Part shown: piece by piece, positions 41,987 to 54,700 of the stretch
Layout: the number at the start of each line of letters is the position of its first letter
Numbering within the stretch: position 1 is the stretch's first letter
Assembly: GCA_963786955.1 (NCBI GenBank)
Contig: CAWBAT010000006.1
Coordinates: 160,001 to 224,000 of the forward strand
Length of the DNA stretch: 64,000 bases
Source of the DNA: an uncultured Acidimicrobiia bacterium
GTDB taxonomy: Bacteria; Acidobacteriota; Terriglobia; Versatilivoradales; Versatilivoraceae
Direction: 5' to 3'
Notes under the pieces: model-generated
What the model saw: the letters and a program-made list of their open reading frames with translations, nothing else
Told to the model about the DNA's origin: nothing
The model's database searches: none
Made by a program: the position numbers and the translations under genes

Positions 41987-42746
41987 ATGCCTGAAACCCT
42001 CTCTTCACCCAAGCCAAGCAATCATTCACTCGCCAGCAGATCCCCCCCACGCGGCTCAAACACGGCGATCATCTCGATGGACGAAATCAAGGAGAGTTTA
42101 CGATACAGGGGAAGTCCGGATTGAAGCCTTAAGAAACTTTTCATTGGAAATTCCCCGCGGCCAATTTATTGCGATAATGGGGATGTCAGGATCTGGGAAA
42201 TCGACCTTACTTAATATTCTTAGGATGTCTCGATCATCCAACACACGGCACCTATAAGCTGGATGGAGTGGACGTTTCCACATTCAGCCCAGCTCAAAGA
42301 GCCGACATTCGAAATCAGAAGATCGGTTTTATCTTTCAGAGCTTCAATTTGCTTCCTCGAACCACAGTATGGGAAAACGTGGAAGCACCTATGTTATATT
42401 CCGGCGTCCCCAAGCAGGAGAGATCGCATCGAATCCAGCATGCACTAGGGGTTGTGGGCATCTCGGAAAAGGCCAAAGCCAATCCGAATCAGCTTTCTGG
42501 GGGCCAGCAACAGAGGGTTGCCATCGCCAGAGCTCTGGTCAATCGTCCCGCCATTCTCTTGGCGGACGAGCCGACCGGTAACCTGGACAGCACGACATCC
42601 GAAGAGATCATGCGATTTTTGCAGTCCGTTAATCGAGATGAAGGGATCACTTTGGTGATGGTGACCCACGAGCATGAAATCGCCGCTTACGCACCAGGGT
42701 CATCCATATGAAGGATGGACTCATGATCCGTGATGAGACCCGATAA
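41987..42746 (+). CDS. MacB/LolD-type ABC ATP-binding protein (frameshifted)
   Basis: [24 protein letters not shown] and ADEPTGNLD motifs. Confidence 0.88.
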
Positions 42747-42778
42747 TTAAGGATTAGCGGGTGTGCTCGAGGTTTCCC

Positions 42779-44001
42779 ATGAATTGGTTCATGACCTTTC
42801 GAATTGCTCTCAAGGCCCTCAGCCGAAACAAGATCCGGTCTATATTGACGATGCTGGGAATCATCATCGGCGTCGGCGCGGTCATTGCGATGGTGAGTCT
42901 CGGCAAGGGAGCACGGCACCAAATTCAAGAAGAAATCGCTTCGATGGGGACCAATACCCTCATGGTGTGGACCGGCACGAATCGAAATTGGGGCATCCGT
43001 GGCGGGGCTGGAACCATGAACACGCTAACCGTGGAGGACTTCGAGGCGATCTTACGTGAATGTCCTGCCGTAAAAATAGTCAGTCCGAGTGCAAATAGCA
43101 TGGCTCAAGTTGTCTTTGGAAATCAAAACTGGAATAGCCGGATTGAAGGCTTTAATGAACAACTCCCCGCTCTGCGAAACTGGAAGGTCTCCCAGGGAAG
43201 CTTCTTTGACGAATCTCACGTCAAGACCGCGGCCCGAGTGGCCGTCTTAGGGCAGACGGTTGTCACTCAATTATTCGACGGCGTTGACCCGGTTGGACAG
43301 ACGATTCGCATTCGCAACCTGTCATTTCAAGTGATTGGAGTCTTGGAGAAGAAAGGGTTTAATGCCTTTGGGGAGAGATCAAGACGACACCATCATCGTC
43401 CCCTTTACGACGGTCCAGAAGAAATTCCAGACAAGCGTCCAGTATGTGCAATCTGGCATCGTCGGGGCAGTGAGTGCTCGTGCCACTTATGCCGCCCAAG
43501 AGCAAATCACCGAATTGTTGCGGCAACGGCACCACGTCGGACCCACTCAAGACAACGATTTCACTGTTCGTAATCTGAGTGAAGTTGCGGAAGCCGCGGA
43601 TGCCACGAATCGGATTCTGACTGGACTGCTCGCAAGCATTGCCGCTGTTTCGCTGCTCGTTGGCGGAATTGGGATCATGAATATCATGCTAGTTGCCGTC
43701 ACCGAGCGAACTCGCGAGATTGGGATACGCATGGCCATCGGAGCTCGCCCCAGCCACGTTCGGATCCAGTTTCTAACCGAGTCGATTGTACTGTGTACCT
43801 TGGGCGGATTGCTCGGATTAGCCCTGGGCGTGGCGGCATCCATGGCCCTTTCTCAAACTGATGGGTTGGCCTACCCTGATCTCGGCCGATTCCATCTTGA
43901 TCTCGATTTTCTTTTCAGCATTTATCGGAATATTTTTCGGCTACTACCCTGCTCATAAGGCAGCGGGGCTGGATCCCATTGAAGCTCTTCGTTACGAATA
44001 G
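42779..44001 (+). CDS. MacB-like ABC permease (frameshifted)
   Basis: [34 protein letters not shown] and [10 protein letters not shown] motifs. Confidence 0.9.
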
Positions 44002-44012
44002 GAGAACTCAAC

Positions 44013-44285
44013 GTGCTCGCCGCAGCTCGAATCATCGTGGAGGGGGCAGTCCAAGGAGTGGGATTTCGTTACTTTATCCTGCATCAAGCGCAGTTGTTCC
44101 CCCTGAATGGTTTTGTTCGAAATCTTCCCGATGGTCGGGTTGAAATCGAGGTCGAAGGAGAGAAATTGGCTATTGAGCGACTCGTCGATTTGGCCACGCG
44201 CGGGCCCAGACTGGCTCAAGTCGAGAACGTGAAAATCGAGTGGAAGGAATCTATGGGCGTCTATTCTTATTTTGGGATCAGATAA
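44013..44285 (+). CDS. acyP: Acylphosphatase
   Basis: GAVQGVGFR and [12 protein letters not shown] motifs. Confidence 0.92.
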   Translation: MLAAARIIVEGAVQGVGFRYFILHQAQLFPLNGFVRNLPDGRVEIEVEGEKLAIERLVDLATRGPRLAQVENVKIEWKESMGVYSYFGIR

Positions 44286-44773
44286 TGTCTTATCGATTTG
44301 GCTTTGGTTACGATATTCACCGCTTTGCCCACGACCGAAAATTCGTATTAGGAGGCGTCCATCTCCCGTCCGAGCATGGTCTCGAGGGGCATTCGGATGC
44401 CGATGTTCTTCTTCATGCCATCTGTGATGCACTGCTGGGGGCCGCAGCACTTGGTGACATCGGTGTACATTATCCGAACACCGATCCCCGTTTCAAAGAT
44501 ATCTCCAGTCTCAAACTGCTTTCCATGGTCAAGGAGCTCTTGATCAACACTGGCTATCAAGTCATCAATATCGACTCCACCGTTGTCCTTGAAGCGCCCA
44601 AGATTGCAAGCTTCATACCTGCGATGCGGCGGAACATATCCGAAAGCCTGGCCCTTTCCCTCAACCAGGTTTCCGTCAAGGCCACCACCAACGAAGGACT
44701 GGGGCCGATGGGAAGAGGCGAAGGATGTGCAGCGTATGCAGTGGCTTCACTGGGACTCTTGGCTCCAAAATGA
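44285..44773 (+). CDS. ispF: 2-C-methyl-D-erythritol 2,4-cyclodiphosphate synthase
   Basis: [24 protein letters not shown] and KATTNE motifs. Confidence 0.95.
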   Translation: MSYRFGFGYDIHRFAHDRKFVLGGVHLPSEHGLEGHSDADVLLHAICDALLGAAALGDIGVHYPNTDPRFKDISSLKLLSMVKELLINTGYQVINIDSTVVLEAPKIASFIPAMRRNISESLALSLNQVSVKATTNEGLGPMGRGEGCAAYAVASLGLLAPK

Positions 44774-44792
44774 GTTAAAATAGGGGATTCTA

Positions 44793-46004
44793 TTGCGCTC
44801 TCTGGCAAAGATCACTCCATCTTTCCTATTATTCTTGTTGTTCTCGCCCAAGTTTCTACAGGCCGTCTCTCCCTATGACACGGCATTTGCAAGAGCCCTT
44901 AGTTCAATGTATGCCATCGAGTATGACCGGGCGGCGCTTCAATTCGAAGAAGTCATCCGGCTGGACCCCGCAAATCCGCGAGCCTACCTCTATCTTGCAA
45001 CAACGTATTGGATGAAGGTTCTTTATTTGCAGAACACGCTTTTAACCACAGCCTTTGGCCTGCCGCCGGATATCTATGCACCGCCGAATGGGGTTCCCTG
45101 CCCTCCGGATCTGAGACGCAAGTTTGAAGAGGCTGTTAGCCAAATGAAAGAAAAGGCTCAGGCTCTCATTGACGTGAATCCCAAGAATCCGGAAGCCTTA
45201 TTTTGGTTGGGCATGGCAGAAGGAAGCGAAAGTGTATTCATTATTTCGGTCGATCGAAAGCTTCTTGCGGCTAAGGCTCATGCCGACAAATCTTTTGATT
45301 TAATGGAATTGTCGTTCCGTCTGGATCCCAACTTCAAAGACCCTCTCTTCCCCATGGGAATGCATATGCATTTGCTGGGAACGAGAGGAGTCTTCACACG
45401 GATGATTCTTAAAATCATGGGATATAAGGTTTCAAAAGAAGAAGGGCGGAAATTCGTTGAAATCGCCACGGCGCAAGCGCGTTATGTCAGAGACGATGCC
45501 CGTCTGGGTCTCGTTCTTTGTGACATCCGCGAAGGAAGGTGGGATGACGCAGTGAGCGAAATGCAGAATGTTCTGAAAAAATTTCCCCAGGACTCTCTAC
45601 TTACAATGGCCATGGGACGTATCCAGTTTAGCCTGGGTGATTACAAAGGGGCCGTGGCGACATTCGAACGAATTCGAAACAATGTAAATCAGAAACGGCC
45701 AGGATTTCACGTCTTTTCACCCGGTGAAGTAAACTTGCGGCTCGCTTTGGCTTTACTCAGATTAGGCCGCCCCCGCGATGCTCAAGCCGCTGTTGAGAAA
45801 GCCCTCCAGGATGGACAGGCAACGGCTCTAATAAGAGCCGCCTCCCTCTTAACCCTGGGGCAGTGCCGGGACCTCCTGTATAATCGACAAGGCGCCATCG
45901 CTGCCTATCAGGCCGCTCTGGCGCTTACTCCTAAGACCCCTAGCCACGACAAGGCAAAGCAGTTCCTCTATCAGCCTTATGATGGAAAGGTCCCCCCTGG
46001 CTAG
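44793..46004 (+). CDS. Secreted TPR-containing protein
   Basis: Signal peptide; TPR-like helices (LDPANPRAYLYLA, NPKNPEALFWLG). Confidence 0.75.
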   Translation: MRSLAKITPSFLLFLLFSPKFLQAVSPYDTAFARALSSMYAIEYDRAALQFEEVIRLDPANPRAYLYLATTYWMKVLYLQNTLLTTAFGLPPDIYAPPNGVPCPPDLRRKFEEAVSQMKEKAQALIDVNPKNPEALFWLGMAEGSESVFIISVDRKLLAAKAHADKSFDLMELSFRLDPNFKDPLFPMGMHMHLLGTRGVFTRMILKIMGYKVSKEEGRKFVEIATAQARYVRDDARLGLVLCDIREGRWDDAVSEMQNVLKKFPQDSLLTMAMGRIQFSLGDYKGAVATFERIRNNVNQKRPGFHVFSPGEVNLRLALALLRLGRPRDAQAAVEKALQDGQATALIRAASLLTLGQCRDLLYNRQGAIAAYQAALALTPKTPSHDKAKQFLYQPYDGKVPPG

Positions 46005-46287
46005 TGCCTTTAAACGCTAATCGCCAGCGGCCTCAACATTCCGAGTTGCCGTTTCAGCCTTTTTTCGTTTCTTCATTTCACTAATCGCAACTCTGAAACC
46101 CACCGTCCGTTGACATGGTCTCATCAGAGATGTTTCATCGTCGCCGCCAATTGCTACCCTCAGGAAAATCATCGCAATCTGCTTGATTGCCCGAAGAAAT
46201 AGTTGCGTCACATAAAACCAAATGCAAGAATCCCGTATTCCAATTGTTTTTAGATTTGACGCAGCGCAAGCTGAACTGGAGGCCTGC

Positions 46288-47959
46288 ATGTCCGTTGTTT
46301 GGAGCTTGATGTTGCTTTTGTTACTGCCCGTTTATTCTCACAGTCAGACGGGGGAAAAACTTGTGATCCCCGATGATGTCCTCTGGGAACCGGATATTGA
46401 ATATCTGACGGCCGGAGCCAAGACGGTGAATCTGGCTATGGATGTGGTGACTCCGAAAGGTACCGGTGGACCTTACCCTGCTGTGGTCTGCATCCACGGA
46501 GGCGGCTTTCGCAAAGGAGAGCGCCAGAGTCAACTTCCATTGTGTATTAAGCTCGCAAGAAGAGGCTACGTGGCGGCTACGATTTCTTATCGCCTCTCCC
46601 CCAGGGATCAATTTCCCGCACCGGTACATGACGTCAAGACCGCGATTCGTTTCTTACGTGCCAACGCCGTTCGATTCAACATCGACCCCGCACACATAGG
46701 GGTCACGGGTTTTTCGGCTGGCGGTCATCTGGCCTTGTTCCTCGGTCTGACAGGAGGAATCCCCGAATTCGAGGGTCCAGGCCCTTACCGGGAACAGTCC
46801 AGCCAGGTTCAATGTGTCGTGAATTTCTTTGGCCCGACGGATTTTACAAAGTCCTACGGGAAAAGCGTCGACGCAGGCTGAAGTTCTTCCTCTCTTCCTG
46901 GGTGGAGACCTGGAGCACGAACGACTCGCCCACATGCAAGCGAGTCCGCTCAATTGGGTTACTCCCAATGCCTCACCCGTGCTGACAATCCATGGAACTG
47001 AAGACCGTTACGTGGCCTACGAACAGGCAGTCTGGATTACGGAGCGTTTGAAGTCCGCCGGAGTAGAAAGCGAGTTGCTCACCCTCGAAGGGGCTGGGCA
47101 TGGATTCAAGGGCACGGATGCTGAGAAAGCCGAAAAAGGGCTTTTTGAATTCATGGACAGTCATCTAAAAGTGCGACCCGAGAGACAGCTTCTCATCGCC
47201 GATCATGGTCCGGGGGCCGAAATTCTAGCTATCTCCTGGCCTTCGGGAAAGGTTTTGTGGCGCACCCCCAATCAGCGTGGACGCGATGTCCAGGCCTTAG
47301 CCAGTCAACACGTACTCTTTACGATGGACTTCGGCCGGAGGGTTGTCGAAATGGACGGGGACCATCACATTGTTTGGACTTATGGCGCCGCAGAAGGGCT
47401 GGAGCAACCCGTCTCCGCTCAACGGCTCAGGAATGGAAATACGATGATCGCGGACGCTAAGTCCGGGAAGATTATTGAGGTAGATTCAGCCCACAAAATC
47501 GTTTGGGAATACCAGAACCCGGACATCGGAAACATGCGAATGCGCTCCGTCCGGCCAACAGATCAAGACACCTTTCTGATAGCCGTCGAAGCTGCTGGGA
47601 AAATTATTGAAGTGAACCGCTCCGGTCAGATCATCTGGAGCTACGTGGCCGAAGGAGGAAATACGCGATTCCCTTATCAATCCCATCGTCTTGAAAACGG
47701 CAATACGCTCATTAGCCTTGCTGAACCAGGGGAATTAATCGAGGTTGACAAGGCGGGCAAGACGGTCCGCACAATTGCAGGGAACAAATTAGATTTACGT
47801 TTTGGCTGGGTCACAGGGACGCAGCCTCTCCCCGACGGAGGTCTCATTGTCGCGGACTACACTGGCAAGCGCCTCGTGGAATTGGATTCGTCCGGGAGGA
47901 TAGTGCACGAATTACGCAACCCGGTCTGGAACATCGCCAGCATCTCTCTAGTCCCATAG
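46288..47959 (+). CDS. Secreted alpha/beta-hydrolase (HGGG, GxSxG) fused to a beta-propeller; one frameshift near 46875
   Basis: IHGGGF, GFSAGGHL, HGTED and GAGHG, then repeated RL.NGNT.I and IIEV...G..(V/I)W units. Confidence 0.8.
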
Positions 47960-48060
47960 GCTTCCCAGAGCCGATTGAGCAGTTGCTAGTTTCCCATGCC
48001 CAGTCACGAGAAAGCGTCATGGTGGGTTCACCTGGAAAGCTTCTCCAATGCAAACGAGTG

Positions 48061-48927
48061 TTATTTCTTTTTGAATAGTAGATCTGAAAGTTCGGAAACG
48101 AGGAGTCCTGCCAAAATCATGCTTCCACCTGCAAGGGCCACTCTCCCTAATTGTTCACCTAATATGAAATAAGAAAATATGGCCGCAAATAGAGGCTCGA
48201 GAGAAAAGATGACGGCAGACCGGGTCGGGGTCGTTTGCCTCTGGTGTTTTGTAATGAGATACAACGCCAATAGAGTCGCTAAAATGGCGAGATACGCTAA
48301 AGCCAGGAGTAAACTCCAGGTCCAATGAAGGTACGGTTTCTCGAGAAAATAAAATGAACTGCTGGCCAGCAGCGCTGTGACCAGGATCTGCAGAAATGTC
48401 AGCTGTATAAAGGAATGTTGGCGCGTAATCATATCGAGATAGACGAGGTAAAGCGCATAGAGCATGGCAGCCCCAAGGGTCAAGGCATCACCGCGGTTAA
48501 ATCCTGCCCCCTGAGGGGCAGTTAACAGATAAAGTCCGCACGATACCAGTATCACTCCGATGATGTTTCCTCTTTTCGGGACCTTGCCCTCTAGGATCCA
48601 TTGAAAGATGGGTGTGAAAACGACGAGTAGACCTGTAATAAATGCAGACTTGGAGGCTGTCGTATAGTGAAGACCTACCGTTTGGGTTAGAAATCCGCCG
48701 AATAATAATATCCCCAAGATTGCCCCACGCCTCGCCGTTCTTCCGTCAATGGTGAGGACCTCGGCGCGGCAGAACGGGTAAAAGATAACGAGAGCAATCC
48801 AGAACCTAACCGCAATCAGAACGATTGGAGAGGCATCGCGCAGACCAAGTTTTGCGACCGGGAATGTTGCCGCCCAGATTAAAGTACAGAGGACTAAGAA
48901 GAGTTCCGATTGAGCCCGTTGAGTCAT
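48061..48927 (-). CDS. DMT/EamA family transporter
   Basis: About 10 TMs; TTASKSAFITG and IFSLEPLFA motifs. Confidence 0.88.
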   Translation of the reverse strand: MTQRAQSELFLVLCTLIWAATFPVAKLGLRDASPIVLIAVRFWIALVIFYPFCRAEVLTIDGRTARRGAILGILLFGGFLTQTVGLHYTTASKSAFITGLLVVFTPIFQWILEGKVPKRGNIIGVILVSCGLYLLTAPQGAGFNRGDALTLGAAMLYALYLVYLDMITRQHSFIQLTFLQILVTALLASSSFYFLEKPYLHWTWSLLLALAYLAILATLLALYLITKHQRQTTPTRSAVIFSLEPLFAAIFSYFILGEQLGRVALAGGSMILAGLLVSELSDLLFKKK

Positions 48928-49062
48928 TTCAATGATTTCAGAGCGTAGCTGATAACTTGAGAATCTTTCTTGCTTGCTGGAAGCGCGTGATTAATCCGGT
49001 AACTCCAGATCCATAAAGTTTCCTGACTCTTTGGCTGAATTCTGCCAATCGTCCCCGGCCCT

Positions 49063-50454
49063 ATGACATCTGAATCTATTCGCTCCGAGGCTTCCACAGT
49101 GCAGTTTGAAAATCCACGGCCTTCGATTGCTGCCAGACTGGAACGCCTGCCTCTCTGCGGTTTTCATAGAAAATTTATCGGTTTGATCTCTCTGGGTGGT
49201 TGGTTTGATTTCTACGACATCTTTATGATGGCCTATATCGGTGCCGCACTGCAAGATTCCGGGATGCTGACACTTCACCAGTTCAGCCATATGCTTGCTG
49301 CAGGATTTTTGGGAATGTATGTTGGAACCATTTTCTTCGGAATCGGCAGCGACCACTTCGGGCGGCGGACTTCGTTTCTATTCATGTTGCTGATTTACTC
49401 CTTTTGCACTTTGATGGGAGCATTTGCGACTTCCTCTTGGGAACTGATTCTCTGGCGAGGTCTTTCCGGAATAGGGATCGGAGCGGAGTTGGTGGTCATT
49501 GACACCTATGTCACTGAGATATTACCCAGTCATTCACGTGGGCGCTATGTTGCGATTACCCAGCTGGTTGGGTTCACCGCAATCCCGGTCGTGGCATTTT
49601 TCTCAAAAATTCTGGCCCCGACGCACTGGATTCTGGACGGATGGCGTTGGGTCATGATTATGGGAGCCATTGGCGCCTTATTTGTTTGGTATTTGCGCCG
49701 CTGTCTTCCTGAGTCTCCTCGCTGGCTTGAATCGAGGGGGAAATACGCGAAAGCTAATGAAATCATGCAAAATATCGAATCTCAAGTTACGGACGAAATC
49801 GGGGCCCAGCTCCCGGTCCCACAACCCATGAAAACGCCGAGCCCTTCTCGAATGCCTTTCCGGGAACTTTGGGGGCGAGTTTATCGACGAAGAACGATCA
49901 TGCTGATGATTTTCCATATGCTGCAAACCATTGGGATTTACGGATTCGCCAATTGGGCGCCCACATTCTTTCTCAAACAAGGAAGGAGTCTTCATCAATC
50001 CCTCGAATACAGCTTTCTGATCGCACTGGTCAGCCCGATTGGACCATTCATTTCTGTTTATACGGCTGAAAAATTTGAGCGCAAGAACATGATCGTCTTT
50101 TTATCCTTAGCGATGGCTATTTCCGGGTTGGCGTTTCCTTTCGTGGAAACTCCTTGGGCCATTATAGCCGCGGGGGCTTTGATCACGATCTTCAGTTATT
50201 GGTTCTCTGCGGCCCTGCACGCCTACCAGGCAGAATTATTTCCTACTAGGGCTCGTGCCACCGGAGTGGGCTTTACCTACAGTTGGAGCCGCTTGAGCGC
50301 AGTCTTCTCGACATACGTGATCAGTTATCTGTTGGTGGACGGAGTGCTTGCCGTGTTTCTTTTCATGGGTGCTGCCATGGTGGGAGTCGCTCTACTCGTC
50401 GGTTTAATTGGGCCCAGAACTAACGCCATCGTCCTGGAGGACGTTTCGGTTTAA
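49063..50454 (+). CDS. MFS transporter (YdjE/aromatic acid-like)
   Basis: ARLERLP, DHFGRR, LPESPRWL and AELFPTRARATG motifs. Confidence 0.88.
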   Translation: MTSESIRSEASTVQFENPRPSIAARLERLPLCGFHRKFIGLISLGGWFDFYDIFMMAYIGAALQDSGMLTLHQFSHMLAAGFLGMYVGTIFFGIGSDHFGRRTSFLFMLLIYSFCTLMGAFATSSWELILWRGLSGIGIGAELVVIDTYVTEILPSHSRGRYVAITQLVGFTAIPVVAFFSKILAPTHWILDGWRWVMIMGAIGALFVWYLRRCLPESPRWLESRGKYAKANEIMQNIESQVTDEIGAQLPVPQPMKTPSPSRMPFRELWGRVYRRRTIMLMIFHMLQTIGIYGFANWAPTFFLKQGRSLHQSLEYSFLIALVSPIGPFISVYTAEKFERKNMIVFLSLAMAISGLAFPFVETPWAIIAAGALITIFSYWFSAALHAYQAELFPTRARATGVGFTYSWSRLSAVFSTYVISYLLVDGVLAVFLFMGAAMVGVALLVGLIGPRTNAIVLEDVSV

Positions 50455-50544
50455 CAGCAGTGTCATCATCTTAGCTCCAGCCACGGAATCGATACCAACA
50501 GTATCCCGCCTATTCGTGAAAAGCTCTTTGCAGTTCTGTCCACC

Positions 50545-51023
50545 TCGATCCTGATGGAACACCCATATTAATGAGAAACTCCACCATGAGTTGAGCGATG
50601 GGTGGATCCCCTTCCCTGACAATCCCCCCGCGAAACAATCAACACTGATCCTGGAATGAGTCGATATAGGCGAATGCCCTCAACCAGTCTGCAGACCGTC
50701 TCCTGCTGAAAGGTTACCGGTGGTAGGCGTCTCCGAGAAATTCTTCCGTTGCTATAGAGAACGACAATCGAACGGGCATCACCCACGATACCCATATCGA
50801 GCAACGGAGGAAATTGGCGTTCCAAATGAAAAAATGGCAAGTCGACTATCGGGGTGCAACAAATAGCAATGAAAAGACTGGCTCCTATGATGAGCCGCAT
50901 ATTCCCGACCTTTCACTAATTGCGATGGATTGACAGTGCCAAACCAATCACAAATAAAACGGGAACGATACCGACTGGGAGAGCATGTTCTCGAAAATGA
51001 GCTTAATAATTATCACAAACACC
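50545..51023 (-). pseudogene. Decayed and truncated YdcF/ElyC (DUF218) gene
   Basis: LERQFPPL...IVVL...RLVEGIRLY...LIVS, then AQLMVEFLINMGVP in another frame; stop, frameshifts and missing C-terminus. Confidence 0.6.
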
Positions 51024-51704
51024 TTTCCTTGAGTTTCTTATTGGTAATTGAACACGACAAAGGAAAGAAATCTTTTGCTCTTTAATGGAGCTAATAAGAG
51101 AAATTCTAAACCTTGAAACGGCGAGAATCCCGAGCTCCGCCAAGAGAAGGTAGAGGTTATAAATATGGTCCCTCTTTTGCTACATAACGATGACAGGAGC
51201 AGTGAGCTCATTATTCTCTTTTTGGCAATTCCCACATGTCATTGAAACCCAGATCTCAATCCAGTAACCGAAAGATACTGTGGCTGCTATTGCCACCTGT
51301 GATCATTTCATTAATGGCCTATTCTCATTGAGCACGCGAGCAACAGTTGCAAGTTAGGGAGGGTGGTTTTTGAACGTTTGACCAGGTGTCCAGAGCGCGC
51401 TCTGAAACGCAGCACTCAACCGTCGAAGCTCCTAAGTAAAACTCCATAGAACTTTAGTCAAGAGGATCTGCCGTTCCCGAAACCGAAGGAACCTATAAAT
51501 CGATGGAGCGATTGGGCTTGCACAGGTACCGGCCGATAGACTTGATCAATGAAGGCGAAACGAAAAGGGGTGAAAGGATTTCCCGAAGACCAGCACAGAT
51601 GGGGAAAGATTTTATACAATATGAGCATCCCAATGGTGGAAAAATAGGTACATTTTAAGGCTTCCCAAAATCTTTCCTTCTGCACGATCAGTCCCTTACA
51701 GATG

Positions 51705-51719
51705 TGGCTATCCAATTGC
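51705..51719 (+). promoter_or_regulatory. Putative sigma-54 (-24/-12) promoter of the PEP-CTERM gene
   Basis: TGGCTATCCAATTGC = TGGC-N7-TTGC with correct GG-N10-GC spacing, about 40 bp before the start codon. Confidence 0.5.
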
Positions 51720-51756
51720 CAACCAACAGTGGTGGTGTACACGGAATTGACTGTGG

Positions 51757-54700
51757 ATGTCTTCTATGTCGCGGAAAATACAGAGGCACAAAGGGAAGCC
51801 TGGGGAAAGCACAAAATGGGTAATTCTAATCCTCCCATTAATGATTATCTCTGCAATCTTCCTTTTTGTCGGTCGAGGAAACGAGCACCCGGTTCTCCCA
51901 GGCAAGTCGAATCTAGCTGAGCCCTCAAAGTTAAGCTATAACCAACTAGCTAGTCCTTCGCTCCATCAGCGAGCGTTTTCTAACCCTCCAGGATTTGGCC
52001 GAACAGTTTATCCCTTCTCGGTAATCGTTGGGGGCATTGCTGATGCAGACGATCTGCGCTCGTCCCTGGCAAAAGATCGAGTTGCAGCCACCCATTTTTC
52101 TGACTTTGATATTAAGCACGCACGGATTGTGAGACTAGATACTGACAAGAGCGCCTATGTCTCTTACCGGATGAACAACCAGATATACTGGACTCGGAAA
52201 CGGATCAAGTTAACTAAGGGAGAATTCCTGGTTACGGACGGGAAAAACTATGCGAGAACCCGCTGCGCTAACCGAATATCTGATGAACGCCAAGTCCCCG
52301 TGTCGACAGAGCAGCCATCCGAACTAACATTAAACACCCCACTGCCTAATGCCGCTGGACACTCTCCGCCGGCTCTACCAGGAATTCGTGGAGAGGGGCC
52401 TGGAGGATACCTTTTCCCACCCGTTGGAATGTTGCTTCCTCCTGACTATCCAACGGAAAATATACCACCAACGCCTTTCACACCAGTAAACTATTTCCCA
52501 ACGACCCCAACGCCCATTCCTGTGCCTCCGGTAATCGGCCCACGACAGACTAATAGCTCTAGCTCAGGTGGTTCGAGTTCCGGCGGCTCTAGCTCCGGCG
52601 GCTCTAGCTCCGGCGGCTCTAGCTCTGGTGGATCGAGCTCCGGCGGATCCAGCTCCGGCGGTTCGAGCTCCGGTGGATCCAGTTCTAGTGGATCTAGTTC
52701 CGGAGGCTCCAGCTCAGGTGGTTCGAGTTCTAGTGGCTCCAGTTCGGGCGGATCCAGCTCCGGTGGATCAACTTCTAGTGGATCGAGTTCCGGAGGTTCC
52801 AGTTCCGGTGGATCAAGTTCGGGTGGTTCCAGTTCTGGCGGTTCCAGTTCTGGCGGTTCCAGTTCTGGCGGGTCCAGTTCGGGAGGATCGAGTTCCGGAG
52901 GTTCCAGCTCAGGTGGTTCGAGTTCTGGTGGCTCCAGTTCGGGCGGATCCAGCTCCGGAGGTTCCAGCTCAGGCGGTTCGAGTTCTAGTGGCTCCAGTTC
53001 TGGCGGCTCTAGTTCAGGTGGATCGAGCTCGGGTGGATCGAGTTCTAGCGGATCGAGCTCGGGCGGGTCGAGTTCTGGAGGTTCAAGTTCCGGTGGATCA
53101 AGTTCGGGTGGTTCTAGCTCCGGTGGATCAAGTTCCGGTGGATCAAGTTCGGGTGGTTCGAGTTCCAGTGGCTCCAGCTCCGGTGGATCAAGTTCTGGCG
53201 GATCTAGCTCCGGTGGCTCGAGCTCCGGAGGCTCCAGTTCGGGTGGTTCGAGTTCTGGCGGCTCCAGTTCGGGAGGATCCAGTTCCGGTGGATCGAGCTC
53301 TGGAGGTTCGAGTTCCAGCGGCTCCAGTTCTAGCGGCTCCAGTTCCGGTGGTTCCAGCTCCGGTGGGTCAAGTTCGGGTGGTTCCAGTTCCGGAGGCTCT
53401 AGCTCCGGTGGTTCCAAGTTCAGGCGGTTCCAGCTCAGGCGGTTCCAGCTCAGGTGGATCGAGCTCAGGTGGATCGGCTTCCGGTGGCGGCTCCAGTTCC
53501 GGTGGATCAAGTTCGGGTGGTTCCAGCTCGGGTGGTTCCAGCTCAGGTGGATCCAGCTCAGGCGGATCGGCTTCCGGTGGCGGCTCCAGTTCCGGTGGAT
53601 CAAGTTCGGGTGGTTCCAGCTCAGGTGGTTCCAGCTCAGGTGGATCCAGCTCAGGCGGATCGGCTTCCGGTGGCGGCTCCAGTTCCGGTGGATCAAGTTC
53701 GGGTGGTTCCAGCTCAGGCGGATCGGCTTCCGGTGGCGGCTCCAGTTCCGGTGGATCAAGTTCGGGTGGATCTAGCTCGGGTGGATCGAGCTCAGGCGGT
53801 TCCAGCTCAGGTGGATCGAGTTCCGGGGGCTCTAGTTCTGGTGGTTCCAGCTCCGGTGGGTCCAGTTCCGGAGGCTCTAGCTCCGGTGGTTCTAGCTCCG
53901 GTGGATCGAGTTCGGGAGGGTCGAGTTCTGGAGGTTCAAGTTCCGGCTGGGGATCGAGTTCGGGTGGGTCGAGTTCTGGAGGTTCAAGTTCCGGCGGGTC
54001 CAGTTCTGGTGGATCGAGTTCGGGTGGGTCGAGTTCTGGAGGTTCAAGTTCCGGTGGATCAAGTTCGGGTGGTTCCAGCTCCGGTGGGTCAAGTTCGGGT
54101 GGTTCCAGTTCCGGAGGCTCTAGCTCCGGCGGATCCAGTTCCGGAGGCTCTAGCTCCGGCGGGTCCAGTTCTGGTGGATCGAGTTCGGGTGGGTCGAGTT
54201 CTGGAGGTTCAAGTTCCGGTGGATCAAGTTCGGGTGGTTCCAGCTCCGGTGGGTCAAGTTCGGGTGGTTCCAGTTCCGGAGGCTCTAGCTCCGGCGGATC
54301 CAGTTCGGGAGGCTCTAGCTCCGGTGGTTCCAGTTCCGGAGGCTCTAGCTCCGGCGGATCCAGTTCGGGAGGCTCTAGCTCCGGTGGTTCGAGCTCCGGA
54401 GGCTCCAGTTCCGGTGGTTCCAGCTCCGGTGGGTCAAGTTCGGGTGGTTCCAGTTCCGGAGGCTCTAGCTCCGGTGGTTCCAGCTCTGGTGGATCGAGCT
54501 CAGGTGGATCGAGCTCAGGTGGATCGGCTTCCGGTGGCGGCTCCAGTTCCGGTGGATCAAGTTCGGGTGGTTCCAGCTCAGGTGGATCCAGCTCAGGCGG
54601 ATCGGCTTCCGGTGGCGGCTCCAGTTCCGGTGGATCTAGTTCCGGTGGTAGCTCAGGTGGATCCAGCTCAGGCGGATCGGCTTCCGGTGGCGGCTCCAGT

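Noticed and set aside
53411-53420. Programmed frameshift or phase switch in the GS gene
   Set aside because: Single extra A (TCCAAGT) with no slippery site, in an assembly rich in indels; error is more parsimonious, though reads are needed to confirm
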